This document shows, piece after piece, positions 17,909 to 26,632 of a stretch of DNA of 64,000 nucleotides; position 1 is the stretch's first letter; every line of letters starts with the position of its first letter. A model generated the notes under the pieces. That model saw only the letters and a program-made list of their open reading frames with translations. It was not told where the DNA came from and searched no databases. The position numbers were made by a program, and so were the translations under genes. Source of the stretch: Planctomycetota bacterium (lineage in GTDB: Bacteria > Planctomycetota > UBA11346); NCBI GenBank assembly GCA_038231435.1, contig JBBRLJ010000030.1, forward strand, positions 1 to 64,000, written 5' to 3'.

Positions 17909-19643
17909 GCCCACCGCGAATCGGCGGCCCGTGTCGCTTTCTCCGACCTTGATCGGAATCTGCGCGCGGGTCCGTGGGCCTGCGTGGTGCGGGTGGCACG
18001 GAGCTCGACGGAACGGTTTCACCATGATCGAGGTGATGGTCGCCGTCGCGATCTCCACCGTTCTGATCCTCACCGCGGTGGCGGCCTTCCGCGTGGCCAC
18101 CGGAGCCATCGCCACCGCGACCAGCCTGAGCATCGAGAACTCGTTGCTGCGCACCGGTTGGCAGGCTTCGCTCGAGGACGTGGATTTCTATCATTCGCTC
18201 GCCGACGACAAGCCGCCGTACAACAAGGGATTCATGCGCGCACGCACGCTGCGCGTGGACGATCCGGCGACACCGAACATCAGCGAACCGTTCATCCGTC
18301 GGGCCTTCCAGCCGATCATGTTCCAGCCGAGCACCGATCCTGACGTCCTGCCCTTCGACCATCCCGACCCAGCCAATGCGGCGCATTATCGTGCTGACGC
18401 CAAGGTCCTGAATCCGAACACCCTGCAGGCACATGATCCCCGCTCGATCGACCGCTCCTTCCTGTATTTCAATTACACGCCCAGCGGGGCGCGTTACCGC
18501 TACATCAGCCCGGTATGGGTTCATGGCGACTACCGCCTGGTGTGCGCCACCGACATGCGCTCGCGTCCCGACGAGATCGATCCGAAGTTCCCGACCGGCA
18601 TCGCCAGCGGTGGCACGGCGACGGTGCTCACCGATCTCGACAAGAAGAACATCGATGCGGATCCCAATCCACCCTGGGACAGCTACAGGCCGCAGCCTGA
18701 CAGCGAGTATCCGGAGCAGGTCCGCAATCTGGCCTTGCGCACCAGCGTGAACCAGGTGGTGCCGATGCTCTATTGGCAGATGTTCAGCCGCCTCTCGCTG
18801 CTCGGCGCGACCGAATATACCTCGATGGGCTACAACCTCTTCCTCCAGGACCAGAATGGCAATCCGCCCGGAGACAACAGCGGGTGGATGCCCGGTGACT
18901 GGATCGGCACCAGTCCACACAACTTCCCGTCCGATGGCGGACCGCAGTGCGAACTGGCGCAGAGCTGCTGGGGGGTGGGCGGCCTGTGGTGGCGGTCGGA
19001 TGTCACGGGCTCGCGCGATTTCACGAACTGGATCGGTCGCGATTTTCGCGAAAGCCGCACCTGGGCCATCGGCCTGCGCGCGCTGCTCGCCGATTCGGCC
19101 GATCGCGGCAACGGCGGCGGCATCGACAATCAGAACGGCATGTCCCAGCTGCTCGAGACCGGCAACGTCGCCGGCGGAGGCAACCAGAGCTGGTACTACG
19201 GCTACGCCCAGGACGGGAACACCGGAGACGTCGCTCGCAACGACCGCCGCTTCACGTCGAAGACGGTGCGCTTGCCGTACAACATGACCGACGGCGAATT
19301 CGCGCGCATCGATCCCGCCGGTTGGCATCAGGCCGGCGCCCAGCGTGTCGCCACCTACGTGCCCACCGCGCTCGATTACGATTCCAAGCCGCGCGACTAT
19401 CCAGCGCTCGAGACCACCATCCTGCGCTATTACCGCGCTGGAGGGCAGGGTACCCTCACCGTCGTCACTTCGACGATCACGGATGCGATCAGCGGCAAGC
19501 GCGTGGAGCTGGTGTCCAGCCCCTACGGCACTTCGTATCGCGGAGCGCGTCAGCACTGGCGCCTCTACAGCCCCGGCTACGCCGACGGCAATGCCATCGG
19601 CGACTTCTACGACCCCATGCCCGGACCGCTCCATGCTCCGTGA
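17895..19643 (+). CDS. Large prepilin-type protein (PilW/GspJ-like)
   Basis: RRNG|FTMIEVMVAVAISTVLIL signal. Confidence 0.8.
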   Translation: MSTIEPTANRRPVSLSPTLIGICARVRGPAWCGWHGARRNGFTMIEVMVAVAISTVLILTAVAAFRVATGAIATATSLSIENSLLRTGWQASLEDVDFYHSLADDKPPYNKGFMRARTLRVDDPATPNISEPFIRRAFQPIMFQPSTDPDVLPFDHPDPANAAHYRADAKVLNPNTLQAHDPRSIDRSFLYFNYTPSGARYRYISPVWVHGDYRLVCATDMRSRPDEIDPKFPTGIASGGTATVLTDLDKKNIDADPNPPWDSYRPQPDSEYPEQVRNLALRTSVNQVVPMLYWQMFSRLSLLGATEYTSMGYNLFLQDQNGNPPGDNSGWMPGDWIGTSPHNFPSDGGPQCELAQSCWGVGGLWWRSDVTGSRDFTNWIGRDFRESRTWAIGLRALLADSADRGNGGGIDNQNGMSQLLETGNVAGGGNQSWYYGYAQDGNTGDVARNDRRFTSKTVRLPYNMTDGEFARIDPAGWHQAGAQRVATYVPTALDYDSKPRDYPALETTILRYYRAGGQGTLTVVTSTITDAISGKRVELVSSPYGTSYRGARQHWRLYSPGYADGNAIGDFYDPMPGPLHAP

Positions 19644-21096
19644 TCCACTCCCGCGTGACAGCCATCACCGTGACGGCGCGGTGCTGATCATCGTCGCCGG
19701 ATTGGCGTCGATCCTGCTCGTGCTGTCGGTGACCTTCCTGGCACGCATGCGTTCGGATAGCCGCGAGATGCGCGCGGTCGTCGATCAGGCCCAGGCACGG
19801 TTGATGATGCATGCGGCGGTGATGTACATCCAGGAATGCTCGCGCATCGGTTGGGGAGATCGGACCGGCGAATGCTGCGGCTGGACCGACGTCCGCGATG
19901 GATCGCTCGGTCCACGCGGGCCGCGGCCGGCGGCCGGAGCCGGCGCGGCCACCGGGATCCCCGCCCCCGAATGGTGGTCGATGCACGCTGATTGGCCGCC
20001 CTACAAGGCGTATCCGGACGAGGTCGCTGACTTCCCGGCACTGGGCCAGCGCAAGGGCGGCTGGCCCCTGCCCGGCACCGCGACGCGCTGCCCGATGGCG
20101 GTTGCGGTGCGCCCGCCGTTCGCGGTGCAGTTGACGGTGAACTACAACCCGGTGCCGACACCCGTCGCCTACCGCGACCCGGCGTGGAATACGCCCTGGA
20201 ATCCGCGCAGCGGCGATCCGAGCTACGATTGGGGATCCTGGCCGGCGATCGTGCAATGGCCGGTAGGTTGGATCGATCGCATATTCGATCCCAGCCACGG
20301 CGCGAAGGGCATGCTCGATCCTCAGCCCGTCGCCGAGACCTGGACTGACTTCTGCGCCGGAGCCCAGGAGCCCGCTGGCGGAGGCGATTGGAAGCGCGAG
20401 GCCATCGATGCCGATGGAGTGCCCCGGCGTGGACAGGTGGCACTCGCGGTGCAGCCGGGATCGGAGAACCGTTCGTGGTTCCGAGTCTACCGCGAGCTGC
20501 AGGCCGACCACGACGACATCGACCAGCCCGACGATCATCTCTGGTGGGACAAGGTCGCGCTCTACGACCCGGCGGACCCCAGCCAGGCGAAATACAATTG
20601 GAGCGTCTTCATCATCAGCTGCGGAGCTGGCGGCACGCGCGGCTACCGCTTCTGGAACGACGCCGAGATCGCGGCCTGGGAGGCCAGGCATCGTTTCCTG
20701 CCCGGGGTCGGACGCTGCCTCGAGCCGGTGACGGCCGAGGAATCCGGATTGTTTCCCGATCAGCGTACCTTCCGCGATCTGCTCGAATCCAGTCAGATCC
20801 TGTGGTTCCGCTGCGAGTGGTCGGCGCTGCAATCAGGCGCTCGCGACAACACCGTCTACAACGATCCGGTGTTCCGCGTGGGCATCGTGCCGATGGGCGT
20901 GGCGGTGGTGCGCGAGCGTGATCAGAACTGGTGGGTTCCCTCGGTCGACTACGATTACAACGCCCAGTACGCCAGCACCTCGGTCGTGCAGACCGGAACC
21001 TCGGCGTGGAGCGACACGCGCAGTTCGTCGCCCAAGACCTATGGCGGAAACCTGCGCTGGATCCAGCGGCTGGACCGTGATCCGGTGAAGTGGTGA
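19633..21096 (+). CDS. PilX/GspK-like minor pilin (lacks Glu5)
   Basis: RDG|AVLIIVAGLASILLVLSVTF...QAQARLMMHAAV, typical PilX N-terminus. ATG 19633 overlaps the upstream stop. Confidence 0.75.
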   Translation: MLRDPLPRDSHHRDGAVLIIVAGLASILLVLSVTFLARMRSDSREMRAVVDQAQARLMMHAAVMYIQECSRIGWGDRTGECCGWTDVRDGSLGPRGPRPAAGAGAATGIPAPEWWSMHADWPPYKAYPDEVADFPALGQRKGGWPLPGTATRCPMAVAVRPPFAVQLTVNYNPVPTPVAYRDPAWNTPWNPRSGDPSYDWGSWPAIVQWPVGWIDRIFDPSHGAKGMLDPQPVAETWTDFCAGAQEPAGGGDWKREAIDADGVPRRGQVALAVQPGSENRSWFRVYRELQADHDDIDQPDDHLWWDKVALYDPADPSQAKYNWSVFIISCGAGGTRGYRFWNDAEIAAWEARHRFLPGVGRCLEPVTAEESGLFPDQRTFRDLLESSQILWFRCEWSALQSGARDNTVYNDPVFRVGIVPMGVAVVRERDQNWWVPSVDYDYNAQYASTSVVQTGTSAWSDTRSSSPKTYGGNLRWIQRLDRDPVKW

Positions 21097-22445
21097 GCGT
21101 GCCCTTCGCGTGCCGATCGCGCGGGTTCACCCTCGTCGAGCTGCTCGTGGTCGTGGCGATCATCGCGATCCTCGCGGGCATGCTGCTCGCAGTCGTGTCG
21201 ATGGCGCGCATGCGGGTGCGGTCCCTCGATACCGTCCAGAGGATGCAGCACGTGCTCGACGCCCTCGCCGCGTATGGGCAGGAGCGCGTGAGCAGGGCCG
21301 CCGCCCTGCAGCGGGCATGCGGACTCGGTGGCGTCGAGAGATTCGCTACCATCGACATCATCGAGAACGTCGTCGCTGCGCCCAGCGTGGGTGGAGCGAG
21401 GCCGGTCGAGCTGTACCGCCCGGACTCGTCGGGGCAGCTCTGGGATCGCAATGATTGGTATCAGCAGTTCCAAAATCAGCCTTACTGGAATCGGCTCGTC
21501 GACGCGCTGCCGCCGTCGAGCGGCGCGGTTCCCGACGGTTGGTATGAACGAGCCTGGCCATTCCATTGGCCGGACAGCGACTGGGACCAGGCGGCTCCGG
21601 GAGCGGATCCGCCGGTACTGCGCTTTCCCTGGGGAAAACCAGGGCTGCGGCTCGACGGCACGATCTGCGATCCGGCACTGCCGCCGACCGCCGTCGCATG
21701 CACGCTCATCGAGTGGAAGGACCTGTGGGTATTCCAGAACAACAGCCTCAACGACCCCAGCCGGTTCGTGCGCGTTCCGGTGCCGAATCGCTGGGCGGTG
21801 ACCGGCTCGAGCGCGCCGGACTCGGCTGTCGGTTACAGCGTGCCGTCCCTAGACCAGACCGAGGCCGTGGACACCGCAGTGACCGGCACCCGCTCGAACG
21901 GCGGCGCCGTCGCAACGGAAGCGAGCCAGCCGTTGCCCTTCGATCTCGGCCTGTTCTCGCCGCTAGCGACGATACCGCTACTCCAGGCCGCCGACGTCCT
22001 GCCGATCGGTCCCGAGGGTGATCAGGCGTACCGCCGCGATCGCTCGGCGAAGCGGCCATGGAACGACGCCTGGGGCCGGCCGCTGGTGGTGGTGTACGCG
22101 CTGTTCCAGCCCGAACGTGCCCGCCGCCATTTCGACGGCCAGAACCGCCGCGACATCATGCTCAAAGGTGCCGCGACCGCGTACGGCTACGACCGTTCGT
22201 TGTACCTGGCGATCGGTGCCTGCGGCCCCGAGGCCGATGCGACGACTCTCGCAGAGCTGTCCGAATCCACCTCGCCCACCACGGACCATCCGCCGCTGCG
22301 TCTTCTATGGCGTGGGATCCGCTCGGTCTGCCACGCCGAGCAGTGGACCGAGCGCTCGCAGCTGGCTCCGCCGTGGGCTGGCGTGAGGGAGGGGAAGCAG
22401 GGCGGACAGCGGTGTTTGCTGACCACACCATTGGAATTTCATTAG
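21093..22445 (+). CDS. Prepilin-type protein (PilE/GspG-like N-terminus)
   Basis: SRG|FTLVELLVVVAIIAILAGMLL; GspG-like DAWGRPL motif near the C-terminus. GTGA overlap. Confidence 0.82.
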   Translation: MSVPFACRSRGFTLVELLVVVAIIAILAGMLLAVVSMARMRVRSLDTVQRMQHVLDALAAYGQERVSRAAALQRACGLGGVERFATIDIIENVVAAPSVGGARPVELYRPDSSGQLWDRNDWYQQFQNQPYWNRLVDALPPSSGAVPDGWYERAWPFHWPDSDWDQAAPGADPPVLRFPWGKPGLRLDGTICDPALPPTAVACTLIEWKDLWVFQNNSLNDPSRFVRVPVPNRWAVTGSSAPDSAVGYSVPSLDQTEAVDTAVTGTRSNGGAVATEASQPLPFDLGLFSPLATIPLLQAADVLPIGPEGDQAYRRDRSAKRPWNDAWGRPLVVVYALFQPERARRHFDGQNRRDIMLKGAATAYGYDRSLYLAIGACGPEADATTLAELSESTSPTTDHPPLRLLWRGIRSVCHAEQWTERSQLAPPWAGVREGKQGGQRCLLTTPLEFH

Positions 22446-22511
22446 CGGAGGAATCCGGGAACCGTCGCTCGTCTCGCTTCCCTCTTCCGCGTCTGGGCTG
22501 CTTCCCGAGGC

Positions 22512-24062
22512 CTACTTCAACAACCCCGAAACCGACGTGATGTTGCGCAGATCGTTGTCCTGCAGTTCGAGTCTCGCTCCGGCCCATGCTCCAGGCGCGT
22601 CGATGCAATCATCGACGCCGCCGACCATGTAGATGTTCGACCACACGCGCAGCGAGGCCGTCGAGCGCAGCAGAACGGTCCCGTGCTCGTAGCGCCGGTC
22701 GTCGAGATCACGGTTGTTCTGCTTCTGGCGCGCCATGACCCGAACCGCCAGGCGATCGCTCCACAGCGGCACCTCGGCGTAACAACCGATGCGGGTCTCG
22801 ATCAGGCCACCCGCGATGGTGAGCCAGTAGGTGCCCTTGGTGGCGGTCTCGCCGAAGCGCCAACCGAGCAGCAGGTTGAAGTCCACCGGGATGCTGTCGG
22901 GGCTCTCTGCCTTGAGCGGCGAGCGATCGCGCGGCGCCGAACGATACGAGACTCCGCCCTGGTAGAACTTCCAGGCGTGCGGTTCGAGGCGCAGGTAGAC
23001 GCCGGCGGTGAAGCTGCCGCTGCGCGTGTCGTAACCGCCATCGACGCCGCCGAACAGCTTCAATTCGCTCAGTCCACCGGTCAGCGGTTTGATCTCGTTC
23101 AAGCGCTCGGTGAGATTGTCGACCGCGGCGACCAGCTTGTCGTGGGCGGTATCCTCCATGATCAGCTTGCCGGCGGTGCCCTTGCCCTGCGCGATCTGGT
23201 GGGTGACCACGCGCAGGTCGCCGGCCATGTCGTCGAGCTTCGGCGCCATCTCGGCGAATTTTCCTGCGACCAGCTTGAGATCGGCGCGGTTCTCGGCGAT
23301 CAGGTCGGTCGCCTGGTGCCCGGCATCCGCGATCGACTTGCCGCCGTTGCCGAGGTCCGAGATCGCCTGCGGTAGGCGCTCGGTGGTCTCTTTGATGCTG
23401 CTGCGGTTCTCTTCGACCAGTTCCGACACCTGCTTGCCCATGGCCTCGAGCCTGGTGAGCACCTGGTTGACCAGCTGCTGGTTGTCGGCGACCAGCTTGT
23501 CGAGGCTCTCGGACATGCGCCGCACGTTGCTGATCGCGAGCTTCACCTCGACGCGGTTCTCAGCGATCAGGTCGCGGATCTCGCCTGCCGCTTGACCGAT
23601 GCTCTCGACGCTGTGGCGCGCGAGTTCTACCAGGTCCTCGCCCTTGCGAGCGGTGATCGCCTTGTGGTCGCGCAGCTGCACCGTCGATTGGCCAGGCCAG
23701 ATCTCGACGAAGGTGTCTCCGAGCAGGCCTGCGACCGGGGTGTGGATGATCGCGTAGCAGTCGTCGCGCAGGCGGGAGCGGTAGCGCTCGCGCACGGTCA
23801 GGGTGGCGTGCGTCTCTGACGAGCTCTCGAGGTGCGCCTCGACCACCTCGCCGGCGGTCTCGCCGAGGATCTTCACCGGCAGGCCGGCACGCAGCAGGCC
23901 GATGTCCTGGGCCGAGAACACCACCTCGATGGGGAATTGCGGCTCCAACCAGTGCCTGGCCTTGCCAACCAGCACGATGCCCGCGAGCAGCACCAGGCAG
24001 GCGGCGAGCACGAAGCCGCCGACGATGCGGTTGAGATGGCGGAATTTGAAGGGGGCGATCAT
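22512..24062 (-). CDS. mlaD: MCE/MlaD family protein with long helical region and C-terminal beta-rich domain
   Basis: N-terminal TM (IVGGFVLAAC), MCE motifs GLLRAGLPVKILG..AGEV and GLLGDTFVEIWPG, coiled coil, GKGTAGKLI, alternating beta strands ending ...LQDNDLR. Confidence 0.8.
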   Translation of the reverse strand: MIAPFKFRHLNRIVGGFVLAACLVLLAGIVLVGKARHWLEPQFPIEVVFSAQDIGLLRAGLPVKILGETAGEVVEAHLESSSETHATLTVRERYRSRLRDDCYAIIHTPVAGLLGDTFVEIWPGQSTVQLRDHKAITARKGEDLVELARHSVESIGQAAGEIRDLIAENRVEVKLAISNVRRMSESLDKLVADNQQLVNQVLTRLEAMGKQVSELVEENRSSIKETTERLPQAISDLGNGGKSIADAGHQATDLIAENRADLKLVAGKFAEMAPKLDDMAGDLRVVTHQIAQGKGTAGKLIMEDTAHDKLVAAVDNLTERLNEIKPLTGGLSELKLFGGVDGGYDTRSGSFTAGVYLRLEPHAWKFYQGGVSYRSAPRDRSPLKAESPDSIPVDFNLLLGWRFGETATKGTYWLTIAGGLIETRIGCYAEVPLWSDRLAVRVMARQKQNNRDLDDRRYEHGTVLLRSTASLRVWSNIYMVGGVDDCIDAPGAWAGARLELQDNDLRNITSVSGLLK

Positions 24063-24090
24063 GCGGCAGCTCGACGACGGAGGTTCCCCA

Positions 24091-24987
24091 TCACAGCCTG
24101 CCCATGAAGGTGCCGGTGACGCTGGCGATCGAGGCGCGCGCGGCATGCCGCGAGGGCAGCGACAGCACCTGCCCGCCAAGCAGGTAGGCGGTCTCGGCGT
24201 CGCTGGTGCAGGCGAGCACGGTGAGCTGGCGCGCCGCCTGGATGCGCGCGATCAGGTGCCAGATCTCGTGCTTGGCCATGCCGGCGAGATCGCGCGCCGG
24301 CTCGTCGACCACCAGCAGCTTGGGCTCGAGGATCAGCGCGCGCGCGAGCGCCGCCAGCCGGCGCAGGCGCAGCGAGGCGAGCGCCGAGGCGATGGTCGGG
24401 ATCTCATCGATGCCGAGCAGCTCCTGCATGCGTTCGAGCGCGTCCTTGACCTCGGCGTCGCCGGCCGATCGGTGGTAGCGCAGCGGCAGCGAGATGTTGT
24501 CGGCGAGCGAGAGGTTGCTCAGCAGCCCGCCGTGCTGGGGCACGTAGCCGATGCGCGCGCGCATTGCGTCGAGCTGGTCGCTCGGCAGCAGCCGCGGCCT
24601 GAGCCCGAGCACGCGCAGCTCGCCGTTGGTGGGACGTGTCCCGCCCATCACCAGGGCGATGGCCGCGCTCTTGCCGTTGCCGGCCGGGCCGGTGAGCACC
24701 AGCGAGTGTCCCTGATGCAGCTCGAAGTTGAGATTCTCGAGCAGCGGGGTGGTGTAGGCGCCCGGCGACTGGTACGAGACGCGGTTGAACGACACCAGCG
24801 GTTCGGGAGTGAAGATCTGCGCGTCGGTCTGGCGATGCTGCTGCGCGTCGGGCTCGATGGTCTGCTGGGTGAAGTCGGAGGCGTCGTCCTGCGCGGCGGG
24901 GCGCGGCGACTCGCTTTCGCCATCGCGGCTCTCGCGCGACGTTCCGCTCGTCTCCCCGTCCGCCTGGTCGCCGGATCGCCCGCTCAT
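24091..24987 (-). CDS. mlaF: MlaF-like ABC ATP-binding protein with degenerate motifs
   Basis: Walker A GPAGNGKS, Q-loop GYVPQ, NISLPLRYH, Walker B LLVVDEP; signature and H-switch altered. ATGA overlap with mlaE. Confidence 0.75.
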   Translation of the reverse strand: MSGRSGDQADGETSGTSRESRDGESESPRPAAQDDASDFTQQTIEPDAQQHRQTDAQIFTPEPLVSFNRVSYQSPGAYTTPLLENLNFELHQGHSLVLTGPAGNGKSAAIALVMGGTRPTNGELRVLGLRPRLLPSDQLDAMRARIGYVPQHGGLLSNLSLADNISLPLRYHRSAGDAEVKDALERMQELLGIDEIPTIASALASLRLRRLAALARALILEPKLLVVDEPARDLAGMAKHEIWHLIARIQAARQLTVLACTSDAETAYLLGGQVLSLPSRHAARASIASVTGTFMGRL

Positions 24988-25784
24988 ATGAAGGCCAGCG
25001 CGGTGATCAGGGCGTCCCACACGAAGACCGCGGTGATGGCGCGCACCACGCCGCGGGTCGTGGCGCGCGGGACCTCGGTGATGATGCCAGGGCCGCCGAG
25101 GCCCTCCTTGCAGGCGATGGCGGTGATCAAGAGGCCCGGGACGACGGTCTTGGCGAGCAGGATGACCGCGTCGAATGGCGTGAGGTGCTGGGCCAGGAGC
25201 GCGGTGAAGCGGTCGAGATCCGGCGCGCCCGGCACCAGCAGCAGGCTGAGCACGAATCCGCCAGCGAGCGAGAAGGCGATGAACAGCAGCACCAGGCAGA
25301 CCAGCGAGATGCAGACCCCGCCGAGACGTGGCACCACCAGGTAGCGGAAGGGATCGATGCCCGACCACTCGAGCGCCTGGATCTCGCCGGCCACGCGCAT
25401 GTTCGCGACCTCGGCCGCGATCGCGCTGCCGCTGCGCGCGATCACCACCATCGAGATCAGCAGCGGGCCGAGCTCGCGCACCAGCACCACCACCAGCAGC
25501 TTGCCGAAGAGGTCGGACTGGCCGAGCCCGCCGAGCTGCACCTGACCCTGCACCACCAGGCTCAGCGCGGTGAGCAGCGCGAGCAGGGCGACGAACGGCA
25601 CCGCCTCGACGCCGGTGAAGAGCACCTGGCGCAGCAGCACCTGGCGGGTCACCGGCTGGACGCGCCGCCAGCGCGCGATGCGCAGCAATCCGTAGCCCAC
25701 CAGCGTGGCGATGTCGAGCACGTAGCTGGCGAGCGCGACGGTATTCGCCCCCACCGCGTCGATCACTCCCAACGCTTTGCGCAT
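24984..25784 (-). CDS. mlaE: MlaE family ABC permease
   Basis: QVLFTGVEA, VRELGPLL, ARSGSAIAAEVANM, GIDPFRYLVVPR, EVPRATTRGVV. Confidence 0.9.
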   Translation of the reverse strand: MRKALGVIDAVGANTVALASYVLDIATLVGYGLLRIARWRRVQPVTRQVLLRQVLFTGVEAVPFVALLALLTALSLVVQGQVQLGGLGQSDLFGKLLVVVLVRELGPLLISMVVIARSGSAIAAEVANMRVAGEIQALEWSGIDPFRYLVVPRLGGVCISLVCLVLLFIAFSLAGGFVLSLLLVPGAPDLDRFTALLAQHLTPFDAVILLAKTVVPGLLITAIACKEGLGGPGIITEVPRATTRGVVRAITAVFVWDALITALAFI

Positions 25785-25915
25785 GGGAGGGTTATGCATG
25801 AGGATATGGGGTAATGCAATTGGTGGGGAGGGGTTCGGTCAGCGTTTCGGGGCACGGAGGTCCGAGTCTCGCATCGTTTGATCCGGTATTGAGAGGATGG
25901 GAGGGCGCGGTTGGA

Positions 25916-26110
25916 GAGGGTTCGAAGGTAGGAAGGCTGGAAAGCGAGAAGGCGGGAGGACAGTCGCCGGCACGTGGGATTCGAGCCTTCCGGCCCTCTG
26001 GCGTTCGTACGTTCTCAGCTTCGGGTCTTCGGGTCTTCGCGTCATGTTGGGATTCGAATCGAAAAGGGTTGAAGGTACGAAAGCTGGAAGGCTGGAGGGC
26101 TGGAAGACGG
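25916..26110. repeat. Three blocks of degenerate 8-nt-periodic repeats (consensus GAAGGCTG) in +/-/+ orientation
   Basis: Block A 25916-25963 (6 units), block B 25983-26038 (7 units, reverse complement), block C 26071-26110 (5 units), each in exact 8-nt register. Confidence 0.8.
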
Positions 26111-26155
26111 CCCGAAGGCACGTGTGTCGTGGCATTCTCCCCTGAGCTCGATTGT

Positions 26156-26237
26156 CGCGATCGGCATCGGCGTCAAGGCCAGGCCGCGGGGGCCGCGGTG
26201 GGCGGGGCGCCCAGCCTTGACCCCGATGCCGATCGCG
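26156..26237. repeat. 24-bp inverted repeat (23/24 match) upstream of the four-helix-bundle gene
   Basis: CGCGATCGGCATCGGCGTCAAGGC (26156-26179) pairs with GCCTTGACCCCGATGCCGATCGCG (26214-26237). Confidence 0.9.
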
Positions 26238-26260
26238 GAGTGGGCGCAAGGAGAACGGAC

Positions 26261-26608
26261 ATGCAGAGATTCGAGGACTTGAGCGTGTGGCAGCGAGCGG
26301 CGGGATTGGCGGAGATGATTCGGGAAGAGAGGGGACTGCAGCGCAGCGGCGATGGATTGCGCGGTCAGATCCGCAGGGCCGCGGCATCGATCGCGTACAA
26401 CATCGCTGAGGGTCACGGCCGTGCGTGCGATGGCGACTTCCATCGCTTCCTGTCGATCGCGGGTGGTTCATGCGCCGAAGTGCAGGCGCAGTTGCGCATG
26501 GCGTATCGCGGTGGATTTGTTCCCCGCGATCGCTTCGTCGCCATGCTCGACGAAGCGATCGCCAGCAGATTCATGATCCGCAATCTGCGGCGCAGGCTGA
26601 GCGGATGA
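26261..26608 (+). CDS. Four helix bundle protein (23S rRNA-IVS protein / bAvd-like family)
   Basis: FEDLSVWQRA, LRGQIRRAAASIAYNIAEGHGR, FHRFLSIAGGSCAEVQAQL; 115 aa; RBS AAGGAG. Confidence 0.9.
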   Translation: MQRFEDLSVWQRAAGLAEMIREERGLQRSGDGLRGQIRRAAASIAYNIAEGHGRACDGDFHRFLSIAGGSCAEVQAQLRMAYRGGFVPRDRFVAMLDEAIASRFMIRNLRRRLSG

Positions 26609-26632
26609 GCGGAATCCGCTTCCGCTATCCTC

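Noticed and set aside
25814..26260. N-terminal extension of the four-helix-bundle ORF (264 aa in the ORF track)
   Set aside because: It runs through the repeat arrays and hairpin; a strong RBS and the family start motif support ATG 26261.
13734..26608. Diversity-generating retroelement (Avd-like gene near pilin genes)
   Set aside because: No reverse transcriptase ORF and no template/variable repeat pair differing at adenines was seen in the window.
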